From: an uncultured Clostridia bacterium
GTDB lineage: Bacteria; Bacillota; Clostridia; UMGS1883
Assembly (NCBI GenBank): GCA_947629615.1
Contig: CANRER010000001.1
Coordinates: 1-34,584, forward strand
Reading direction: 5' to 3'
DNA length: 34,584 bases
Shown piece after piece: positions 16,492 to 23,975 of the stretch; position 1 is the first letter of the stretch; each line of letters starts with the position of its first letter. The notes below the pieces were generated by a model that had not been told where the DNA came from, did no database searches, and saw only the letters and a program-made list of their open reading frames with translations. Position numbers and translations under genes: made by a program.

Positions 16492-17238
16492 TTATATACC
16501 TTTTTTATATACTTTTTTTACATACTCGTAGCTCTTTATATCGCCTATATCGTATCGCTTGCCGGGCATCTCGTAGGCGTAAACCGGGGTTTTTTCGCAC
16601 ATATAGCACACGAGGCTGCCGGGTGCGTCGGTGCCGCAGCCCTCGTCTATGCCGCGCTTTATGAGGGGAAGATCCTCGGCGCGGTAGAAGTAGAACGGGC
16701 CGACGCACCAGTTGCTCTTAGGTTCGCGGGGCTTTTCCTCCATCGAAATCACGCGCATATTTTCGTCGGGCACCATAACGCCGCAGCGGCGCAGCTCCTC
16801 GAGGCTTTCCTCGTAGTCGCACATAACGGCGGAGCTGTTTTTCCTCTCGGCGAAATCCACAAATTCCTTAAACGAAAAGTCGATAAGGTTATCGCCCGCG
16901 ATGACAAGCAAATCCTCGTTTTCAAGGCCGCACTCGTCGATGGCGAACTGTATGTCCTTCACCGCGCCGAGGCGGCTCTCGTTCGAAACGCTGCCGTCGT
17001 CGATAACCGTTATGGGCTTTTTGACGACGGTGTTTTTATCCCTCCACGCGGTAAATTCGTTATAGTAACGGTGGTTCGACACGATAATGTGTCCGTCGAC
17101 TCCGTCGATGTTGTCTATATCCCGAAGCAGGTGGTCGAGGATTGACATTCCGTTCACCTCGAGCAAAGCCTTGGGGAAGTTTTCGGTCAGCGGATACAGC
17201 CTTGTGGCGTAGCCCGCGGCAAGCACAACACTTTTCAT
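16492..17238 (-). CDS. Sugar-phosphate nucleotidyltransferase (NTP_transferase family)
   Basis: 248 aa. MKSVVLAAGYATRLYPLTENFPKALL is the GxGTRL nucleotide-binding loop. It lies 26 nt after glyQS and 17 nt before the lyase gene. Confidence 0.8.
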   Translation of the reverse strand: MKSVVLAAGYATRLYPLTENFPKALLEVNGMSILDHLLRDIDNIDGVDGHIIVSNHRYYNEFTAWRDKNTVVKKPITVIDDGSVSNESRLGAVKDIQFAIDECGLENEDLLVIAGDNLIDFSFKEFVDFAERKNSSAVMCDYEESLEELRRCGVMVPDENMRVISMEEKPREPKSNWCVGPFYFYRAEDLPLIKRGIDEGCGTDAPGSLVCYMCEKTPVYAYEMPGKRYDIGDIKSYEYVKKVYKKGI

Positions 17239-17264
17239 TGATTTTTCTCCTCCGTATCGTCTGC

Positions 17265-18656
17265 TCAGAAAGCCAAAAGCGCGTCCATATAGGCTTCCAG
17301 CTCGTCAATTTTTATCCTTTTTTGCTCCATGGTATCGCGGTCGCGCACGGTGACGCAGCCGTCCTCGGCGGTGTCGAAGTCCACGGTTATGCAGACCGGG
17401 GTGCCGATCTCGTCCTGACGGCGGTAACGCTTGCCGATGGAGCCGGCCTCGTCGTAGTCGCAGGGATACTTTTTAAGAAGCCTTTGATACAGCTCCGTCG
17501 CGCTTTCGCTGAGCTTTTTGCTGAGCGGAAGCACCGCCGCCTTGACCGGCGCGAGATAGGGCGCGAGGCGCAAAACCACGCGCACGTCGCCCTCGCCGAC
17601 CTCCTCCTCGTCGTAAGCGTCGCACAGGAAGGCCAGCGCGACGCGGTCCGCGCCGAGGGACGGCTCGATGACGTAGGGGATATAGCGTTCGTTCGTGACG
17701 GGGTCGATATACTCCATGCTCTCGCCGCTGTGGTTTTGGTGCTGCGTGAGGTCGTAATCGGTTCTGTCGGCGATGCCCCAAAGCTCGCCCCAGCCGAAGG
17801 GGAACAGAAATTCGATGTCGGTCGTGCCCTTGGAATAGAAGCTGAGCTCCTCCTTGCTGTGGTCGCGCAGACGCATATTTTCTTCCTTAAGGCCGAGCGA
17901 GATGAGGAAGTCGCGGCAATAGGAGCGCCAGTAGTCGAACCACTGCATATCCTCGCCGGGCTTGCAGAAAAATTCCATCTCCATCTGCTCGAACTCGCGA
18001 ATACGGAAAATGAAGTTGCCGGGGGTTATTTCGTTGCGGAAGCTCTTGCCCACCTGACACACGCCGAAGGGTATCTTGCGGCGGGTGGTGCGGGCGATGT
18101 TTTTGAAATTCACAAAAATTCCCTGCGCCGTTTCGGGGCGGAGGTAAATCTCGCTCTTGGCGTCCTCGGTGACGCCCTGAAAGGTTTTGAACATCAGATT
18201 GAACTTGCGTATATCGGTAAAATTATGGCCGCCGCACTTGGGGCAGGGAATGTTGTTTTCCTTAATATACTCCACCATTTTGGCGTCGCTCCAGCCGTCC
18301 ACCACGACGTTTTCGCCCTTTTCGCGGCAAAAATCCTCGATGAGCTTGTCGGCGCGCTGGCGGCTCTTGCAGTCGCGGCAGTCCATCAGCGGGTCGCTGA
18401 AGCCGCCCACGTGGCCGCTGGCCACCCAAACCTCGGGGTTCATGAGTATCGCGCTGTCAAGGCCGACGTTGTGGGGGCTTTCCTGCACGAATTTCTTCCA
18501 CCAAGCCTTTTTGACGTTGTTCTTGAACTCCACGCCGAGAGGGCCGTAATCCCATGAATTGGAAAGTCCTCCGTAAATTTCGCTGCCGGGATAAACGTAG
18601 CCGCGCCCCTTGCAGAGGGCGACTATCTTATCCATCGTTTTATCTTCGTTTCTCAT
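17265..18656 (-). CDS. glyQS: Glycine--tRNA ligase (homodimeric class II type)
   Basis: 463 aa. [48 protein letters not shown] is near-identical in pattern to Firmicutes GlyRS N-termini. Class II motifs are present throughout. Confidence 0.95.
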   Translation of the reverse strand: MRNEDKTMDKIVALCKGRGYVYPGSEIYGGLSNSWDYGPLGVEFKNNVKKAWWKKFVQESPHNVGLDSAILMNPEVWVASGHVGGFSDPLMDCRDCKSRQRADKLIEDFCREKGENVVVDGWSDAKMVEYIKENNIPCPKCGGHNFTDIRKFNLMFKTFQGVTEDAKSEIYLRPETAQGIFVNFKNIARTTRRKIPFGVCQVGKSFRNEITPGNFIFRIREFEQMEMEFFCKPGEDMQWFDYWRSYCRDFLISLGLKEENMRLRDHSKEELSFYSKGTTDIEFLFPFGWGELWGIADRTDYDLTQHQNHSGESMEYIDPVTNERYIPYVIEPSLGADRVALAFLCDAYDEEEVGEGDVRVVLRLAPYLAPVKAAVLPLSKKLSESATELYQRLLKKYPCDYDEAGSIGKRYRRQDEIGTPVCITVDFDTAEDGCVTVRDRDTMEQKRIKIDELEAYMDALLAF

Positions 18657-18696
18657 ATATACAGTCCTTTCTTGGGGTACTATACTACTAACTACT

Positions 18697-18725
18697 ATTT
18701 TACAACAAGTTTGTCATTTTGTAAA
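18697..18725 (-). promoter_or_regulatory. Candidate SigA promoter of glyQS
   Basis: Minus strand: TTTACA, 17 nt, TAAAAT, about 40 nt upstream of the ATG. An AT-rich palindrome (18730..18750) lies immediately upstream, like an UP element. Confidence 0.5.
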
Positions 18726-18838
18726 GGGCAAATTAAAAAATTTTTAATTTTTTATGACGGGCCGCCGCCCGATTTTGAACGAATATAATTTCCGTCGGTG
18801 ATAATACTAAGACTATCTTAGATGGGGAGGCAAGCAAC

Positions 18839-21229
18839 ATGAAGGCAATTATCATGGCGGGCGGAGAGGGAACGCGCATGAGGCCGCTGACCTGCGACAT
18901 ACCCAAGCCGCTCGTGCGGCTGGTGAGCGCACCGATAATGGAGCACACCATCCGCCTTTTGAAGCGCTTCGGCTTTGAGGACATAGCCGTGACGGTGGGC
19001 TATCTGGGCGGGAAAATCCGCGACCGCTTCGGCGGCGGCGAGGAGCTTGGCGTGCGGCTGAGCTATTTTCCCGAGGAAAGCCCGCTCGGCACGGCGGGAG
19101 GGGTGAAACGCGCCGCAAACGGCGGCGAGGCCCTGTGCATAAGCGGCGGCATAGTGACTGACATCGACCTTGCGGCGCTGGTGGACTTTCACAAAAGCCG
19201 AGGCGCCGAGGCCACCCTTGCGCTGACGAGAATATCGGCCCCTATGGGGCGGGGCATGGCCGTGACCGACGCTTCGGGCGCGGTTACGCGCTTTGTGGAC
19301 GACCCCGACTGGGGACTGGCGACCTCCACCCTCGCCTGCGCGGGGATATACGTGCTGTCGCCGGCGGCGTTGGATTTTATTCCCGACGGCGGGGCCGACT
19401 TCGAGCGCGACGTTTTCCCTGCCATGCTGCGGGAAAAGCGGGGCCTGTTCGCGCAAAAATGCGAGGGCTACTGGCGCGACGTGAGCGACCCCGCGGCCTA
19501 CCGCCGCTGCTGCGCCGACGTGCTGGACAAAAAGGTGTCGGTCTATATGCCCGAGCAGGCGGACGAGGGCCTTTGGCTGGAGGAGGGCGCGCTTTTGGAG
19601 CAGGGGACCGTACTGAGGCCGCCGGTATACATCGGCGCGGGGAGCCGTGTTTTCCGAGGGGCGCGCGTCGAGCCCTACAGCGTGCTCGGCTGCGGGGTTA
19701 GCGTCAGCCGCGGCGCGGGGATAAAGCGCAGCGTCGTGCTGGACGGCTGCCGCGTGGAGGAGAACGCCCAGCTTCGCGGCTGCGTGGTTGACGAAGGGGC
19801 CGTCCTCCGCCGCGGCTGCTCGGTGTACGAGCAGGCAGTGATAGGGCGCGGCAGCGTGGTGGGCGAAAACTGCGCCGTCAAGCCCTCGGTGCGCATATGG
19901 CCCGGCAAGGAGCTGCCCGCCGAAAGCGTGCAGAAGAAAAACCTTATCTGGGGCGGCTGCTCCGCCGCCGACATTTGGACGCGCTCGGGTGTGAGGGGCG
20001 AGCTGGGACTTGAAATAACGCCCGAGGCGTTCGCGCGGCTCGGGGCCGCCGTCGGCACGGTGTGCGAGGGCGGGCGGCTGGCCGTGTCGGATCACGGCTC
20101 CCCGGCGTCGGCCATGCTCAAAAGCGCCTTCACCGGCGGCGCGCTGTCCGCCGGGGCGCGGCTTTACGACTTCGGCGAGCAGCCCCTGCCCGTCAGCCGC
20201 AGCGGGGTGCGCTTTCACCGCATGACGGCGGGCGTTTCGATAAACGTGTACCGCCGGGGCGGGGCCGACATAGCCGAAGCGAGGCTGATAACCTCCGGCG
20301 GGGCCGACCCGGACAGAAGCTTCGTGGCGGCTCTGCGCTCGGTCTTTGAGCGTGAGGACTTCGCCCGCGCGGGCGCGGACACCATATTTGAAACCGAATA
20401 CCTTTTTGAATACAAGCTGTTTTACCTTAAAAACCTCATCAACTCCACCACAAAGCAAAGCCTCGGCTTTAAGCTGATGCTGGGCTGCGGCTCGCCTTGG
20501 GCGGAGCGGCTTTTGAGGAGCGCGGGCGGGGACCTCGGCTGCGCGGTAGAGATCTGCGGCGCGAGCTCGGCGGAGGAGCTTGCCGCCGCCGTGAAGAACG
20601 AGGGCGCGGATCTCGGCGCAATCATCGACCCCTCCTGCGAGGAGCTGACCCTGATCGACGGCTCGGGCAATGTTTTGAGCCGCGACATCTACACCCTGCT
20701 CACGGCCATGATAGTTATGAAAACGCACGACAAGGCCCGCGTATTCGTGCCGGTTTCGGCCCCGTCGGGAGTGGAGAGCCTCGCCGAGCGCTTCGGCGCG
20801 AGCGTCACGCGGACGCGCGTTTCGCCGCAAGCGCTTATGCGCGAGCTGACAAACGGCAGCGGCGACTGCGGGCGCGACCAGTTCATCTACGCCTTCGACG
20901 CGGTGGGCGCGCTCATCAAGCTGATGGACTTCATGAAGGCCGAAAACGCCTCTCTCGCCGAGCTGACGGCCCGCCTGCCCGAAACCCACATGGTACACAC
21001 CGGCGTGGACTGCGCCGAAAAGGCCGAGGCTATGGAGCGTATGCGCGAGCGTCACCGCCTCGACCGCGCCGACATGACCGACGGACTGCGGCTCAGCTTT
21101 GACGGCGGCTGGGTGCTTATCCTGCCCTCCGAAAACGGCCCCGCCATAAACATCACCAGTCAGGGCTACTGCGAGGAATACGCCCGCGAGCTGGCGGATA
21201 TGTGCGCGGACGAGCTGAGCGGGCATTAA
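18839..21229 (+). CDS. Fusion protein: sugar-1-phosphate nucleotidyltransferase, left-handed beta-helix and a phosphomannomutase/phosphoglucomutase-like domain
   Basis: 796 aa. MKAIIMAGGEGTRMRPLTCDIPKPL (GxGTRxxPLT), hexapeptide-repeat middle, then a PGM/PMM-like region starting GVRGELGLEITPEAFARLGAAVG. GGGGAGG RBS. The 1015-aa ORF on the opposite strand is a shadow. Confidence 0.85.
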   Translation: MKAIIMAGGEGTRMRPLTCDIPKPLVRLVSAPIMEHTIRLLKRFGFEDIAVTVGYLGGKIRDRFGGGEELGVRLSYFPEESPLGTAGGVKRAANGGEALCISGGIVTDIDLAALVDFHKSRGAEATLALTRISAPMGRGMAVTDASGAVTRFVDDPDWGLATSTLACAGIYVLSPAALDFIPDGGADFERDVFPAMLREKRGLFAQKCEGYWRDVSDPAAYRRCCADVLDKKVSVYMPEQADEGLWLEEGALLEQGTVLRPPVYIGAGSRVFRGARVEPYSVLGCGVSVSRGAGIKRSVVLDGCRVEENAQLRGCVVDEGAVLRRGCSVYEQAVIGRGSVVGENCAVKPSVRIWPGKELPAESVQKKNLIWGGCSAADIWTRSGVRGELGLEITPEAFARLGAAVGTVCEGGRLAVSDHGSPASAMLKSAFTGGALSAGARLYDFGEQPLPVSRSGVRFHRMTAGVSINVYRRGGADIAEARLITSGGADPDRSFVAALRSVFEREDFARAGADTIFETEYLFEYKLFYLKNLINSTTKQSLGFKLMLGCGSPWAERLLRSAGGDLGCAVEICGASSAEELAAAVKNEGADLGAIIDPSCEELTLIDGSGNVLSRDIYTLLTAMIVMKTHDKARVFVPVSAPSGVESLAERFGASVTRTRVSPQALMRELTNGSGDCGRDQFIYAFDAVGALIKLMDFMKAENASLAELTARLPETHMVHTGVDCAEKAEAMERMRERHRLDRADMTDGLRLSFDGGWVLILPSENGPAINITSQGYCEEYARELADMCADELSGH

Positions 21230-21266
21230 TTTCGCCCTTTTTCGCCGGCATTTTTCAAAAAAAGGG

Positions 21267-21295
21267 TTTACTTTCCCTTCGGTATGTGCTAAAAT
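21267..21295 (+). promoter_or_regulatory. Candidate SigA promoter of the LRR surface protein gene
   Basis: TTTACT, 17 nt, TAAAAT, with extended -10 TG (aTGcTAAAAT). The roughly 100-nt leader contains a 7-bp hairpin AGGCAAT/ATTGCCT (21343..21366). Confidence 0.5.
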
Positions 21296-21400
21296 AAACT
21301 TGCGAAACGTTTGGATAATTTTCCCAAATGATAAGGCCGCCGAGGCAATGCCGCTTGGTATTGCCTTAAAGCGGTTTAACAAAGCGAGGAGGAATGGCAG

Positions 21401-23830
21401 ATGCGAAAATTGAAAAAACTTACGGCTTTGCTGACGTGCGCGGCGATGGCGCTCGCGGCGGCGCCGGGGAGGGCCTTCGCCGCCTCGGGCGGGGTTCCCT
21501 TCGGGCTGCTGTACGCCGTCTATGCCGACCACGCGGAAATCACCGGCTACTCCGGCTCCGCGGCGGAGCTTGACATTCCCGCCGAAATAGGCGGACTGCC
21601 GGTGACGGCCATAGCCAACGACGCATTTTCGGGCTGCGCGGGCCTTGTGAGCGTAAGCTTGCCGGAAAGCGTCGCCTCCGTCGGCGGGCGGGCGTTCAGG
21701 GGCTGCACAAGCCTTGAGCGCGTGAACCTTCCCGACGCCGTGACCCTTATAGGCTACGACGCGTTTTACAACACGGCGCTTTATAACGACGACGCGAATT
21801 GGACGGACGGCGTTCTTTACATAGACAATCACCTCGTCAGGGCGCGCAGCCTTGCCGACGAGCATTACGACATAAGACCCGGCACGCGCACCGTCGCGGA
21901 CGGCGCGTTCCTGCTCGACGAAAGTGAAATAAGGAGCGTGAGCATACCCGACAGCGTGGTTTCGATAGGCAGCTTCGCGTTTTCCGAGCTCGACACCCTC
22001 GAAAGCGTGAGCATAGGCAGCGGCACGGCCTATATCGGGGAGGAGGCGTTCTCCTTCTGCCCCGGCCTCACGGACGTGAACCTCCCCGACAGCGTTGTCA
22101 ATATCGGCAGCTACGCGTTCGCCGACACGGCGTTATATGACGACGACGCGAACTGGACGGACGACGTTCTTTACATAGACAACCACCTCATCAAGGTCCA
22201 CCCCGCAAAGGCCGGCCGCTGCGACGTAAGGCCCGGCACGCGCACCGTCGCGGGCAGCGCGTTTCAGTACTGCGAGGATCTCGAAAGCGTCAGCCTGCCG
22301 GAAAGCTTGGTTTCCGTCGGCGAAAGGGCGTTCGAGGGCTGTTCGAGCCTCGCGGACGCGAGCCTCCCCGCCGGGTTGACCTACATCGGCGCGAGCGCGT
22401 TTGAAAGCTGCTCGAGCCTCGCGAGCGCGGACATTCCGTCCGGCGTGGCCTCCATCGGCGAGAGGGCGTTCCGCCTCTGCGCCGGCCTCACGGGCGTCAG
22501 CATAGCGAGCGGGGTGGCCTCCGTCGGCGCGAGAGCGTTCGAGCATTGTATTCTCCTTAGAAGCGTGGAGCTTCCCGACAGCGTTCTCTCTATCGGCGAG
22601 AATGCGTTTTCGAGATGCGAAAGCCTTGTGAGCGCGAGCATAGGCAGCGGCGCGGCCTCTATCGGCGAAAGGGCGTTTTACGCCTGCGCCGACCTTGAGG
22701 AGATAACCGTTTCGGAGCGCAACGCCAACTACACGGCCATAGACGGCGTGCTGTTCGACAAGGCCGAAACCGTGCTGATACAATATCCCGCCGGGAATAA
22801 GCGCACAAGCTACGCCGTGCCCGACAGAGTGACGGAAATCGGCAGCGACTCGTTTTTCGGCTGCGGCGTTCTCGAAAGCGTCGATATTCCGGGCAGCGTC
22901 GCCTCCATCGGCGACGGGGCGTTTGAGTACTGCATAAGGCTCGCGAGCGTGAGCATGAGCGGCGTGGTTTCAATCGGTGAAAGGGCGTTCTTTGGCTGCT
23001 ATGACCTCACGAACGCGGTTATCCCCGACGGCGCGGTCACTATAGGCGGGGAGGCGTTCTCGAACTGCCACCGCCTCGTGAGCGTCAGCCTGCCCGAAAG
23101 CGTTCTCTCGATAGACTGGCAGGCGTTTTCCGAGTGCGAAAGGCTTGAAAGCGTAAATATCCCCTCGGGCACGGCCTCTATCGGCGCGAGGGCGTTTTAC
23201 GGCTGCGAAAGCCTCGCGGAGATAACCGTTTCGGAGGATAACCCCAACTACACGGCCATCGACGGCGTGCTTTTCGACAAATCCGTGACCGAGCTGATAC
23301 AATATCCCATCGGCAGCAAACGGACAAGCTACTCCGTGCCGGACGGCGTGGAGGAAATCGGCGGCGACGCGTTTTTCCTCTGCAGTCTTGCGAGCGTCGG
23401 CATACCCGAAAGCGTGGTTTCGATAGGCGTGGGGGCGTTCAGCCTTTGCGCGAGGCTCGCGGACGTGTATTACGCCGGGAGCGAGGAGGCTTGGGAGGAA
23501 GTGGAGATAAGCTTCAATAACGACTCCCTCTTTAAGGCCGCGAAGCATTGGAACAGCTCCGTGCCCGCGCCCGAAATAAAGCGGGCGGACTTCGTTAAGA
23601 ACGCCGACGGCGGCCTGAGCGTCGCCGTGGAAACCGCCAACGTTCCCGCCTCGGCCAAGCTCATCGCGGCGGCCTTCGGTGCGGACGGAACGCTCATCGA
23701 CAGGGCCTCCGTAGAAAACGGCCGCGCCGCGTTAAACGGCGAGGGAGTAAAAACCGTTAAGGTCTTTTGCTGGGACAGCCTCGCCTCCTTGAGGCCGCTT
23801 TGCCCGGCAAAGGAGGCCGCCGCGCTGTAG
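21401..23830 (+). CDS. Secreted BspA-type leucine-rich-repeat (LRR_5) surface protein
   Basis: 809 aa. Signal peptide MRKLKKLTALLTCAAMALAAAPGRAFA. Repeated units of the type IPxSVxSIGxxAFxxCxxLxSV run throughout. AGGAGG RBS. Confidence 0.88.
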   Translation: MRKLKKLTALLTCAAMALAAAPGRAFAASGGVPFGLLYAVYADHAEITGYSGSAAELDIPAEIGGLPVTAIANDAFSGCAGLVSVSLPESVASVGGRAFRGCTSLERVNLPDAVTLIGYDAFYNTALYNDDANWTDGVLYIDNHLVRARSLADEHYDIRPGTRTVADGAFLLDESEIRSVSIPDSVVSIGSFAFSELDTLESVSIGSGTAYIGEEAFSFCPGLTDVNLPDSVVNIGSYAFADTALYDDDANWTDDVLYIDNHLIKVHPAKAGRCDVRPGTRTVAGSAFQYCEDLESVSLPESLVSVGERAFEGCSSLADASLPAGLTYIGASAFESCSSLASADIPSGVASIGERAFRLCAGLTGVSIASGVASVGARAFEHCILLRSVELPDSVLSIGENAFSRCESLVSASIGSGAASIGERAFYACADLEEITVSERNANYTAIDGVLFDKAETVLIQYPAGNKRTSYAVPDRVTEIGSDSFFGCGVLESVDIPGSVASIGDGAFEYCIRLASVSMSGVVSIGERAFFGCYDLTNAVIPDGAVTIGGEAFSNCHRLVSVSLPESVLSIDWQAFSECERLESVNIPSGTASIGARAFYGCESLAEITVSEDNPNYTAIDGVLFDKSVTELIQYPIGSKRTSYSVPDGVEEIGGDAFFLCSLASVGIPESVVSIGVGAFSLCARLADVYYAGSEEAWEEVEISFNNDSLFKAAKHWNSSVPAPEIKRADFVKNADGGLSVAVETANVPASAKLIAAAFGADGTLIDRASVENGRAALNGEGVKTVKVFCWDSLASLRPLCPAKEAAAL

Positions 23831-23870
23831 AGCGATATTTATACTGTCCTCAATAAAACATTAAAAAATA

Positions 23871-23909
23871 ATATGCGCCCCAAAAATTAGGAATTTTCGG
23901 GGCGCATAT
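23871..23909. terminator. Long hairpin between convergent genes (LRR protein and LtaS-family enzyme)
   Basis: ATATGCGCCCCAAAAATT-agg-AATTTTCGGGGCGCATAT: 18 bp with one mismatch. The T-run is on the minus-strand side (TATTTTTTAATG). Confidence 0.7.
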
Positions 23910-23923
23910 CACGATAGACAAAA

Positions 23924-23954
23924 CAGACCGCCAACTTACTTTGCCAGCGGTCTG
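23924..23954 (-). terminator. First terminator hairpin after the LtaS-family gene
   Basis: CAGACCGC-n15-GCGGTCTG, followed on the minus strand by TTTTGTCT, 22 nt after the stop at 23976. Confidence 0.5.
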
Positions 23955-23975
23955 CGTCGTCGAAAGGCGGTTCTT

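Noticed and set aside
9989-16531. Very long plus-strand ORFs (9989..13717, 1242 aa; 13838..16531, 897 aa) that could be read as giant novel proteins.
   Set aside because: They lie exactly antisense to the GCS2 ligase and the 1725-aa lyase, both of which have clear family motifs, signal peptides and RBSs. The plus-strand translations are low-complexity Ala/Gly/Arg/Val strings with no motifs and no RBS. The first one also crosses an intergenic gap. These are typical shadow ORFs of high-GC coding DNA.
18657-18838. An expected T-box riboswitch upstream of glyQS.
   Set aside because: The region is too short and AT-rich. No T-box core sequence, specifier-loop architecture or terminator/antiterminator pair is visible on either strand. 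It is reported as an absence in the findings.
18818-21865. A 1015-aa minus-strand ORF spanning the 796-aa gene, the intergenic region and the start of the LRR gene.
   Set aside because: It is antisense to a gene with an unmistakable GxGTRxxPLT nucleotidyltransferase motif. The translation is Arg/Ala/Gly/His-rich with no recognisable domain. It runs through a promoter and RBS region of the opposite strand. This is a shadow ORF.
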